From contig NC_087458.1 in NCBI RefSeq assembly GCF_036321535.1, positions 3,162,001-3,226,000 of the forward strand: 64,000 nt of DNA, in the 5' to 3' direction. Below the pieces are notes generated by a model, which was not told the origin of the DNA, did not search any database, and worked only from the letters and a program-made list of their open reading frames with translations. Positions 1-12,400 of the stretch are shown one piece after another (position 1 is the stretch's first letter; each line of letters starts with the position of its first letter). This stretch comes from Camelus dromedarius. Lineage: Eukaryota. Position numbers and translations under genes: made by a program.

Positions 1-437
1 CAGCTCTCTCCTGTGGAGTGGGGAGCAGGCAGGAAGGTGAGAAGCGGGAAATGGAGGAAGATGACCCCCATCCCTTCCAAATTGTGAGCGAGGACGTAGA
101 GGGAAACTGAAGGAAGTCAGAGAACAAGGCAAAAAATTTTAGATTCCTGGGGGTTGGGGAGAAAGGGCCCTACACCAAAGCCCCAGTGTTGGCTCTGGAA
201 CCAGGATCATGAGGAGGGAAGCACAGGGTGGGGGTGTTCCTGGTTTTGGTTCCAGCCCTTCTTGTCTGAGGTAAGGCCTCATCTCTTGCCAGCAGCATCC
301 TCGTGACTCAAAAGTCAGGCTGCAGGTCTGGGGAGATCAGAGGCTTCTTCTTGTCCCATCTGAGGCCCCCAAACTCCGCTCTTATGCAAGTCTTTTGGAG
401 AAGCTGCCAGGAGGACTTTCTAGAGTTTATTCCACAT

Positions 438-3400
438 TCACTGTTCCAGTTTCTCTTCTCTTTTTTCTCCCTCGGGGATTTTCTTACGGGTAAAGAAGCC
501 AAGCTATAGAGGAAGAGATAAGAGTCATTGCCAAATGCCCTGCCTAGGGGCCTTGCCAACAGCCCTGAGATGTATCTGAAGTCTTCCATTTTGTTCTGCT
601 TCCAAAAATGAGGTTCAAATTTATTGTATTTGGCTTAGTTTAATTCAACCAACATTTGCGGAAGAGAGTGAAGGCGATCTGGGCATGACACCCACAGCCT
701 GCTTAGCTGTCCCGCACAAATCCAGTTCTCCGGTGCTATAATCAGGGATCCCTTAACGCGTGGGCGCCGTGCCCAGTACTCCTCACCGGAGCAGGGCTTA
801 CCTTCCAGAGGCAGAAGACAAGGAGCGCGAGCAGGAGCAGCCCTCCCAGGATGCTGCCAACAAGGACCCACAGGGAGAGGAGCACGGGGCGGGTCTGAAT
901 CACCTCCAGGAGGCTCTGTACAGGGAGGAGAGTTGTTTTTTACTTGCACACTTTGGGCCAGCTAGCCTCGCCCCACACTGTAGCAAAGCCAACCTTAACA
1001 CAGGAGAATAAAAGGAAAGAAACTGAGGTAGGAAGGGAGGCGGTGGGACCCCCACCATTCTGATTTTTCCCTTCTGACCCCCTGACTGCAGCCTAATGAA
1101 GATGCCTCTGTTCTGAGAAAGCTCACAGGTGCCCTTATCTCATCCCCACCCTCACAAGTTTCACGGCTCTCAAACTCAGTCTCCAACCTACCTCACTCCA
1201 ACGGGAGGCTTCAGTCAGCCGCAGGACACTCCCCTCCTCAGTTCCCAGCTCAAAGGTGCTGACCACTGTTAGAGACTTGAATTTGGCCTGTGGATGAGAA
1301 GACATTTAAAGTGAGCCATCATCACGGGATATGGCTCCCAGAACCCCTATAGCAAGGGTGAGGCTGAGAGGTGCAGCTCCCAGGACCCTCCAGACCAGAG
1401 GAAAAGATTGGAGAACAATGGGGAAAGAGAGGAAGGGTTATAGATGGAAAGCCTCTGACCCTTCCTGTACTGTGTTTGCTCAGCTTGAAATTCATTCAAC
1501 TCCTACCCTTCCTTCAGGCTGAAGTTTAGATGTCCTCCCCTCTGGGAAGCAGGAAAGTGTCTTTTCCAAACCTCCACCACCCTGGGCTGGGTTAGAATAT
1601 TCTCTTTACTTCTCTTTCAGCAGTGAGCTATAAGATTTTTGAGGTCAAGGGTAGTACCTTAGTAATTTATGTGTCCCAAGTACCTAGCACAGTTTCTCAA
1701 CAAATCTTTGTTGAAAGAATAAATAAATGAATTTTTAAAAGGATACCAAAGGGAGATAAAGAGAGAACCAGACTTAGAGAGGGATGGTCTGTCAGACCTA
1801 ACTTCCCTGAGACATACCTACACCCCAGGGATCTTGTGTTATTCAAAGTAGATGGCACGTGGGAAGGCACAATATAAACCCCTAGCACTAAAGAGCTGTT
1901 ACAACCAAGATTTCATCTCCGTGCTCAGGAAATCACACCGACTCCTGCCTGCCTGTCCTGTTAAGTTCAATTTCATCTCCCTAGCTTTAAAGAGCTTTCA
2001 TACTCTAGATCCCTTTCAGCTATGCAATGTCACTTCCCAGCACCTCCCTGCATGTGATGTCAACTATTTATTCATTCGTTTAACAACAATCTATTAAATC
2101 AGCACAGTAAGTTAGGCATGGTGCTAAATGTTGGCCATATTCTCCTCAGTGTCTACCTAAGTCAGGGCCTTTTATACAGTAGGTACTTGATGGGTCGATT
2201 GAATTTAGGTGTCCTGTAAATGTTGACTGATTATTGATACAGCACTAAGCAATGATAAACGGAGGGAAATAGAAACACAAGGATAGTAACTAGCTTCTAG
2301 TGAGTCCATCTCATTGTTCATCATTTTTTCACTCTTCTTTTAAATTCTTCTTTTGGGGGGGAGTCATTAGGTTTGTTTGGTTGGTTGGTTGGCTGGTTAA
2401 TAGAGGTGCTGGGGTTGAACACAGGACCTCGCACATGCAAAGCAAGCCCTCTACCACTGAGCTATATCCCTACTAATTTATTCTTTACAAAAACCCCATG
2501 AAGTAGGTATTATCTTAGAGATAAGGAGAAAGAAGCTTAAAAAAATTAAATAACTGTGGTAGAAGGAGACAAAGCTAGAACTTGAACAGAGTCAGTCTAC
2601 CCGAAAAGCCTGTGCTAAAGTCCCAGATAGGAGCAGAAGGGGAGAGCAGTAAGAAAGGAAGAGTTTACCCTCCGGAAAAATTCATTGTGAACCAGCCTCA
2701 GTAGCCCGACAGACACCTCTGTCCCCTTTGCCAGTCGCCCAAGGTGGCACCTCACGACCTGACACCGAGCATTGCTCCCGTTCTACCAGAAGAGAGAGAC
2801 AGATCAGGACCTTGGGGTAGAGAGACCCCCCTCCGCCCCACAGCTCCCCCCTGCATTCCCATGCTGGAAGCCCTCTTCACCCTCTGTGACTCGTACCAGC
2901 CTGCTTGTGTCCTGAAGCTCCTCTGGATGCACGGGGCGGCCTGGGGGATCAGTCAGGTTCTGCACTGTGCAGCTTGCCTAGAGGAAGATCCAACTTAAGG
3001 GACCCTCCGATGGTGAGGGCCAGCCACTCCAGGCTGAGCAGGAGCATACTGCCCACACTCCTGCAGTTCTTCCCTGGGTAATCCCGTTCTTTCTTCTCAA
3101 GGCAGCTATGTGCGTGAAAGAAAGGTCTCCCAGGGAAGGAGGAGCCCTGAGAGCAATGACCCAGCAGACAGGGAGCTGGGTGAGTCCACCAGATCGAGGT
3201 GGCGGGGTTCCATGCGCCCCTGGCCCAGACTCACGTTGTTAGTGATGACTTGAGACAGGGACAGGAAATAATGGCCCCCATGGGCCACAGCTGGAAGGAG
3301 GGCTGAGATGATGAGGCCACTGACCACATAGCAGCCAAGGTTCTGAACCTAAAAGGAGGATTGGAAATGAGAAGAGGTGGGAGATAGAGAAGGAGCCTTC

Positions 3401-6400
3401 TTATCTGTTCCCTTTACCCTGGATACCACTGAAATCTACAAGAGATGCTTCCGTCACTTCCCCAGGACTCCCCCCCTCCCCCTGCTCATGCCAAGGCCCC
3501 TCCAGCTTCTCACCCTAAGAGTGGTTTTGAATTCGGGGCCAGGGCCCACTGGGAGGGTCCCATGTGGGTGAACCTCATAGCGGTGCAGAGTGGACTCACT
3601 GCATGGACACCAAGTCAGGAAGTACATGGTCACAGCCATGACACAGACGCAGGGGCACATGATCAGCACACAGACATGGATTCAGGGGAGGCAAGGCCAG
3701 CACATGGATAAAGAGATGGGGGTACACAGAGAAGACAGAAACGGGACATGACATAGACTTGGCATATACTTCATGACCACATCCCATTTTCCCTCACCCG
3801 AGCTCCAATCCCTAGGGCACAGCAAAGCCCTACGCCTAGGAGGTATAGGTATACCCATGCCCAGGGAAGTAAGATGTTTAAAAGAGAAATTTCAGCATGA
3901 GTGGGACTGAGGGCAAAAAGATGGAGGAGCCCCAGGGGTTTGGTGTTCAGGAACGCTGAAGCACATGGAGGGAGAGGGAGGAAATGGAGTATGAATCTGA
4001 GGTCAGGATGGAGTCCCAGCGGGAAGCTAGGCCGTACCTAGCAAATAGGAGGTGAGGCTCATATTGGATGTAGGCTGAGGTCTGGACTGTGTTGTCTTGA
4101 AGGGTTCCGTTTCTCTCCAGGCTGTTGCTGTAGGGTCAGGGGGAGAGGCTCATGTCCCAGCCCTGTCTCAGGCACCCCTCTCTGGAGTAAAGGAGCCAGT
4201 GCTGTTTCCACCCCTCCACCCCCTACCTCCCCACTGCCAAGACCCAGCAGGAGAGGGCCAGGAGGAAATTCTCCTTGTCCTCACCTGGCAGCAGTTAGCC
4301 TCACAAGGACCTGGCTCAGGAGGAAGGAGCAGCTAAACTCAAACTCCAGAAGAAAGGTCACCTGAGGGCAAGGGACATGGGGTCACAGGAGATTTCTTTT
4401 CATGGGGCCGCTACAGAGGAAAAGGAGTCATTGTGTGCCTCCTCCCCTAAACTGCCAGGCCCCACAGATTCCAGCCNNNNNNNNNNNNNNNNNNNNNNNN
4501 NNNNNNNNNNNNNNNNNNNNNNNNNNNNNNNNNNNNNNNNNNNNNNNNNNNNNNNNNNNNNNNNNNNNNNNNNNNNNNNNNNNNNNNNNNNNNNNNNNNN
4601 NNNNNNNNNNNNNNNNNNNNNNNNNNNNNNNNNNNNNNNNNNNNNNNNNNNNNNNNNNTTTCTTTCTTCTTGAAATAGTCCCCTGGGCTATACAGTAGAA
4701 ACTTGTCACTTAACTATTTTATACACCGTAGTTAGCATCTGCACATCTCCAACTCCTAATTTATCCCTTCCACCTCCCTTTCCCTCTGGTAACCATAAAT
4801 TTGCTTCCCCTGTCAGAGCCCCTTTCTCATCCCGGGCCCCAGCTCACCTTGCCTCCAGACCGGAAGACAGGATGCCCCACGCTGCAGAGTCGGGAGTGAG
4901 GGGAAGGGGCTGCACATTCCACCTTTACTGCGCTGTCCCTCTGAGAGCAGAGCACCGAGGGTGGAGGCTGGAGCTGGGGCTGCCACTGCTCTCCTGCCTG
5001 CAGCTTCTAAATGCAGCCTTTCCCCAGAGCCCCTCACAGCCAACACCCCAGTCTTCTTCCTCCTCCTTCCCCGACTCCTCCCCAGCTCCCTCCCGCAAGG
5101 GCACCTGAGGAGTGAAGCTGGACAGATGGAGGTTTCTAGAAAAGCTGAGGCTCAGGCTCGTGTTGTAGGCGTTTTCCTCCCTGTTCTCCAGAGCTGCTGA
5201 CACGAGCACCTTCCGCCGACCACCCCGAACCACAAAGGGCTCCTTCCTAGGAGGGGCGGGTAAAGGAGGGCCCAGACTTGAGGGGTGCCAGAAGCCTCAC
5301 TTCTCTTTTCCTGGGTGAGAATCAACCCTCCGTCTCCCTTCAGGCCCCCTCTGGTCTGTCTCAGGTCACCCTGGTTTGGCCAGGTCATGTCCATCCCACC
5401 TGGAGCCTCTGATGTCCATACTGGCTCGAAGTGCCAGATCTGTGACACATTCATTGTCGGGGCCGCAGTCCTTTGAGAAGGGGACCTAGAGGGGAGAGAA
5501 GGGCTGAGGGCTGAGAGGAAGACAAGGAGAAGGAACGGGACTGGAGGAGAAGTGGAAAGACAAGAGGGGGTGCCCAGGTCAGATTCTGCTGTCGTCCCAT
5601 GTCTCCTCCCTCTTTAAGCTTGAATGCACTGAGAAGGGCAGCGTTGGGACCCAGGGGCAGGGCAGGGCTTGGCACTGCTGACCAGCTTTCGTATGAAGGT
5701 GGGTGAGCCCTCTTCCAGCACAGGTCCTGGCTTTGTGGTGTTGTCCAAAGCAAAGGTCACAGTCAAGACGACTGGCCGGAGGTAATCTGATGTGTCCTGA
5801 GAGAAACCAGGGTCAAGGATCACGCAAAGCCGCGGTTAGGGATACAACCCAGGCCACCGGCTGAATGCGATCATGAGGGTGATCATTTACTGAGCATTCT
5901 CCGTGTGCTTGGCACTGTCCTCAGGTTTTATGAAGACTATTACATTTGCTGGGAGGGTATAGCTCAGTAGTAGAGTGCACACTTAGCATGCATGAGGTCT
6001 TGGGTTCAATCCTCAGTAATTCCACTTAAATAACTAAATAAACAAATAAATAAATAACCCTAATTACCTCCCCCTCAAAAGACTATGACATTTAATTCTA
6101 AGACACCTCCTATGACACAGTCATCTTCACTATCCCCCCTTTCCAGGCAGGGAAACTAAGGCTTGCAGGTTATGTGGCTTGCCGGAATTCACAGGTAGTA
6201 CATGGCAGAGCTGCGCTTCAAACCCGGACTAGCCTCGCTCCCAGGTTTGGACTTTCTCACTTTCCTGGCTTTGGCTTTCTTGCCAGTCCAGCAGAAACCT
6301 CCCCTCTGATCCAGCCTTCCTCTCACCCCCAGGCCCTGATGCAAAGCAGTTCCTGCCCACTCCTCACCTGCACGTGGAAGTGAAGCTGCTCACAAGTGAC

Positions 6401-9400
6401 ATTCCCCACACTTAGCCAGAGCCGCCGAGGGGACAGTCTCTGGCCAGAGCCATCAAACGCTGCACGGGCCCCAGCTGTCCACTCATCCAGTGATGCTGTG
6501 AACCGCACATCTGAATGAGGCAGGCAAGAGTGGAGGTGGAGAAAGGTCCAGAGACCATGGCAGGCTGGGGTTCAGAGTTGCCTGGGATGCACTCTAGTCA
6601 CTCACAGAATCGGCGATCCCAGCGGCCAGGAGTGCGGGAGGTCACTTGGAAGCAAAGGGCTGCGGATAGGCAGGCTGCCTCCTGGCCTCGCCGCCTGCAG
6701 TCCCTCTGAACCACACTGATGGCTGGCGGGGTCACTTCCAGTGAAGGGGCCAGGTGGACAATGGGCCGGGAGCTGGGAATAGGGAGGGAAAGAAATTCTA
6801 CCAGTGGAAGGAAAGCCCTTTGAGAAAGGCAATCTCCAGTGATTCCCTCCCTGAGGTCAAAGGAAAGAATAAGGGGCTAGGTGACAGGTGACACATGTGT
6901 CTCCACCCTGCAACCTTCTGACAGAAGTAAGATAACAGCCAACATTTAGCAAGGACTTTGCACGTGCTAGGCCCAGTCTTATGGTCTTTACATGGATTAT
7001 TGTATTTAATCCTCACAACAAGCCTACAAGGCAGGTACTATTATTATTCTCATTTTATACACTAGGAAATGGAGGCACAGAGTAAGCTGATCAAGAAATC
7101 CAAATCCAAGTTTGTGACCCCAAAGCCCTTGCTTTTAACAGCTGTGCTATGCCATCCACTGCTACCCGAGCTGGGACCGCTCACCTGAGCAGGACGGCTG
7201 CCCCTTGGGCACCCACAGCCACATCTACCAGGTCATCTCCATCCAGATCTAGCCGGCCATCCACACTCCGGCCGAAGTAGCTGAGGGCCTGTGGCATGGA
7301 GACAGCAGCAACCCGCTGAGAGGGAGAGAGGAGGGACTGAGCAGGGGCTTACACACCGGGTTCCCTAGGTCCCCCACCTGGCTCTTTCTAACTCTCCCCC
7401 CAGGCATGAGGCGGAACAGGAGGAGCTTGCCTGCGTTCAACAGTCCCTGGTACAGCAACACGTTTCCTACCCTACCACTTACCTTTTCGACTACTGATAA
7501 AAAAAGCACTGGTTCAGTTTGGGTTTCAAGCCCAGGGGAGCAATGATCAGCAAAGAGTGCACCTCCCTCCCCCACCCTTCCTCCCACCACACCCCAGCTT
7601 TATCTGGGCACTCCTGACCTGGGCAGGACGGGGCCTGACTCCACTCCGGCTCCCATGGTATATGTACAGAGCTCCGCGGTGCCCGTCCTCCAGGGGCGCC
7701 CCCACAGCCACATCAGCAAAACCATCCTGGTTCAGATCAGGAAGGGCACCCATGGCAAAGCCAAACCGAGCATCCTGGGGGGGTTCTGGCTGAAGTGTTC
7801 CCTGGAGTGTCAGCAAGGACTGCTGATGGAGGTGAGAAGACGGACAATGCTGATTTGACAGTCCCAGCCTCTCAGCCAGCCCTCAGATGCACGCGCCTTC
7901 CCTTCTTCCCTCCCCTTCCCCCCGACAAACAAATTCTAGGAGGTCCAGCAAGTCTCACCTGGCCCACCAGATACACATAGACACGTCCTGTCTCCTTGTT
8001 CTGGGGCCCCAGGAACATGGGGGCGGCCACGAGTAAGACGTCAGTTGTTCCATCTCCATCCGTATCCAATGGGCAGAGCTCACTGCCGAAGTACGAGCCA
8101 ATCTGGGGAGTGGTGGGTAATGGTGACCCCAGAGGAAGGAGAAGGGAAGATTATAACAATGGGAAGCACCTTCCAATCTGGGCCTCACCCCCTTGACAGA
8201 CTCTGCCAACTAGAATTCAACGCAGACTTTTCAGGCCCCTTCACTTCCCAGCCCCCACCCCTAGCCTGGAGATCCCTTAGGACCCAAGGGTCCCACCCTC
8301 CCTTGGATGCCCTACCTGCTCCCCCTGGAGGCTCTGGGCGACCCTCACAGCCCCATCTTTCTTAAACTGGAAGGCGATGACCTTTCCTCGATGTCTAAAC
8401 CGAGGAGCCCCTGAGAGAAAGAGGCGGCGTCCACCCCGCAAAAGCATGGAGGAAACAGAGTAACCTGGAAGCGGACAAGGAATCAGGGGTGAAAGGAAAA
8501 GAAGACGGGGCCAGAGTAGGAGGGCTCCCTAAAGGTACACAAAGGGTCCCAAGGAAAGTAGCAGGTCAGCGAGGACCTGCACAAGTTAAGAGTGAGAACC
8601 TTACACCCCGCACCGAGGCAGCATTTTTCTCCCTCCCCTCCACCCTCTCTAGTCCTTTGCAGTTCTCTGCTACTCACCCAGGTAGGCTGCATGGTTCTGT
8701 AATGCAGGGGGGAACTCATCTTCTAGGGCTGTCCGTGGCGGGAAGAGGCGGTGATCTTCTCCAAGCCATAACACTGACCCCCCCCAGTCATAAGCCCCTA
8801 CCATCCCAAAGAGAATCCCATCCTGTAGGGCAGAACCAGATGGATTTGCTGAAAAGACAGTAGGGAATGAGAAGAAACACACTTTCCGGGAGTGAGAGGG
8901 TCACTGAGGGCATGCTTTGGTCAGTTAGAAAAGCATGGGAAGGTCAGCGTGGACACTGGTTAAGGGAGGAAGCTAGAAGAACCCTGGGGTTGTTGTCTGA
9001 ATTAGAGGTTGGAAGGAGTCATGTTGAGAGGAGTTGTGGAGAGGCCAGAGTCTGTCCAACCTTTAGCTGATGAGTAGAGAAACCAATCTGAGACATTTCC
9101 AGCCCAAAGGAGCTTTCATTTTCTCCGTGGGACCCTGAGCATGAGAAAATACGGAGGCAATACAAGAGAAGACCATTCCCTCCCTGACCTACCAAACTCC
9201 TTCTAGAACCCCACCTTTATCCCAGCGCTTCTCCTACCCTGTCCTCCACCTCTCCAAGGTAACCATTACCCTCAAGGCCAAAAATTCGGTCCCCTAATGC
9301 ATCCACGATATCAGTCAGCGCAGCTTCATCTGTGACATTGAAGAAGAACCTCTCGTCTGGATCACTGGCAATAGCTCTGATTTCTCGCAGGAAAGCACTG

Positions 9401-12400
9401 GGGTCTCGCTGCCGCCGGAGGTAGTGACCAAGGACCTGGGGTCAGAGATCAACATGGGGTCTGTTGGCTGTGCGGAGTGAGTGTCAGAGCTGGTACAGAT
9501 CCCAGCCAACTGAAGAGAAGAAAGGGAAACACGGCTGATGTCTGGGAAGTGGTTAATGCCTGTGTTCCTCAGGTTCCCAGTCCTCAGTGTCGCTACCCCC
9601 ACCCGCTGCCGTCCTTTCAGATCCAGAGCTGATTCTCACAGCTATCCCGTAGCGTGTCACTCTTCCAGCCTCACAGGCCTTCAGTGCTGCGGGGAGCTCC
9701 TCTCCATCATGTGATTCTCCATCAGTGACAACCACCAGTAGCCTGGCAGCCTCTGGTCGGCCCCCACGGGACTGACTGAATCCTTCTGTGCTAAGAAGAG
9801 AGAGGACTGAAGTACAATGAGATGTATGCAGACAGATACACGCCCACACAGTACTTAACACTGCCAGCCATCCACTGAGGTCAGGCCTCTTGCCTGTAGC
9901 CCATCTCTCCAACTGTCTAGCGCAGAGAAAGGCACGGAGTGCAAGCTCAAATGTCTGAACATCATAGAACATGTGGAGCAGTGTATCATCAATCCAAAGA
10001 AGTTTAAATCCACACATTCATAGATTCAATCGGCAAATATTGTATTTGAAAGGACAAATATTAAGGGAATGTAGAATAGAGAAGAATGGCCAGGCCAGGG
10101 AAGTCTTCTGGGAGACGAGTTTTGTCACGTTTGGAGAATGAGCTAGGACATGAGTGGCGGAGAACCTGAGGGCCAAGGTCAAAGTGGGATGGGGGTGTAC
10201 AGACAGACAGAATTCCGTCTGCAGAGAGCAAGAAGCGGAAATGTGGACAGACACAGACACAGACACTGTGGAAACGCAGGGAGAAGGAGCGCAGGGGCAG
10301 CCCGCCTCGCCTCTCCCACCCACCGTCCCGGCGCAGACAAAGATAAGCTTGCAGGACACCTTGGGACATACACACTGCACTCCAAACCCGCCTCTAACCC
10401 TTCTAGACCCTCCCACTCGCCTCCCACTCGCCTCCCACGCTCCCCCTCCCAGTGCCTCACCAGGCCACCGTGATTGCTTCAGCAGTCTTTGTTTCTCGCC
10501 CCTCTCGTCGGCTCAGGTTCCTTGCTGCTCTCACCACTTCTTCTTTGGTTCGGAAATCCCCCAGGGACCACTCGTGTACAGAGCTCTCTCCATACTGTAC
10601 CAGCCCGACCTGAGAATGCAGTGTGCACGTTGGAATGGGATGTGCGGGGGGCGCAGGGGGTGGGGGTGGCAGAAGAAGGTATGTGAGGGAGGGGAGATGG
10701 GCACCTGGATACTACTGAAGCTACTGTCCACATCTTCCTCCTCTCTCCCTGTCTCTCCCCCTCCAAGTCCATCTGTATTGCCTTCTCTTACCTGTATCTG
10801 CTCCGGGTCAATAAACAATCTCCCTACCAGTCTTCGTAGGAAGGTCTGAACTTCAGACCAGGGATAGATGCTGTTGGAGCCATCCAAGACAATGACGACA
10901 TCCATGTAGGTGGGGCAGCCTAGGAGGAGGGGCGTGGTGATGAGGAACAGAGGGGTAGGGGATACTGGGCATGGGGGTGACAGGGGAAGAGGTCACAGGA
11001 AGGCACGTTCAATTCAAACATTTATTAGGCACTTCTTACATGCAAGGAAGGTAGTGTGCCAGGTCCTGGGTAAATACAGAAATAGGTAAAAGAAACAAAC
11101 AAACAAACAAAAACAAAGCGTAAATACAGGACAGAAATAGACTCATAGACAGAGAATACAGACTTGTGGTTGCCAGGGGGGGTGGAGGGTGGGAAGGGAT
11201 AGACTGGGATTTCAAAATTGTAGAATAGATAAACAAGATTACACTGTATAGCACAGGGAAATATATACAAAATGTTATGATAACTCACAGAGAAAAAAAT
11301 GTGACAATGAGTGTGTATATGTCTATGAATGACTGAAAAATAGTGCTGAACACTGGAATTTGACACAACATTGTAAAATGATTATAAATCAATAAAAAAT
11401 GTTAAAAAAAAAAAGAAATAGGTAAAAGAGAAGATGAGCATACATACAATTTACTAAAAAACAGAGAAGAAGGAATTAAGTGCTAGGTAGAAACATAGCA
11501 CCACTCTGCTGCTGGAGAACAAAAGAGGGTCAATTCTGCTGGTGGGGAAGCAAAGGAGGCAGCAACTGAGAAGATACTGAAGACTGGAGGTGCTGGAGGA
11601 GCGGGGAATATGAGGAAAGGCATCTGGGTGGAGAACACTTTAAACAAAGGGAGGTAGAGGTATAAAGATAGATGACACACAGGAGAATGGCGAGGTGAAG
11701 GCTACAGACGAGGTGCAGGGTATGGAGGGACACAGGTGGAGTTGGTTAAATCAGTTCGTGGAGTCTTGATACCCTCGTAAAGAGTCTGAATTCTAATCTG
11801 TTAGGAAACATGGAGCTTTTGCAGGCACATTAGGTAGCAATGAGGATAGCCATGCAGGCCCCCCGCCAAGCATCACACCCTGCAGCCCCATCTTTTCCCC
11901 ACCCTGCACCCTGTTCTGGGAACCGAGTCCTCAGTCCCTGCTCCTGGCTCACGTTGCGCGGTGGGTGCCAGACTTCCCTGGGGCTGAAACGAAGCATCTA
12001 CGTGGGTGCAGATCCCAGAACTGAAGACAGAGGAGCCGCAAGCACGCGACCAGAGAGGGGCACAAGCCTGGGGATGGGTGGGGGGAAACAGTTACTCCCA
12101 GGCTTGGGAGGGCACCCTCAGAACATGCTCCTGGTCAAAGGAGCCATTGAGTCCACTCCCCGAGAGTCCCCTCCTTGCTGTCTAGGTTTAACTCCTTGAC
12201 GGCTACACATAGACCAGTTTCCCTTATCATGCCACCCTTTTCTCTACCACGAACTTTCAGAAACCCCGCCACCACCCTTTCCTTAGCTTACCATGAATCC
12301 CCCGTCACCATCTGTCTCTAGTAGTGACATCCCCAGGTGCATATTCACAGCAGGACGAGATGAATTTCCTAGTGGGTAGTCACCTGGTTGGAGGGGAGTG

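Noticed and set aside
5951-6025. Possible tRNA-Ala(AGC) gene
   Set aside because: Stems are disrupted by CpG-type decay, it carries a SINE tail, and similar copies occur elsewhere in the window. It is a SINE.
10154-10849. 231-aa + strand ORF
   Set aside because: Antisense to ITGA10 exons 6-7 and introns, low complexity, non-ATG start, no recognisable domain.
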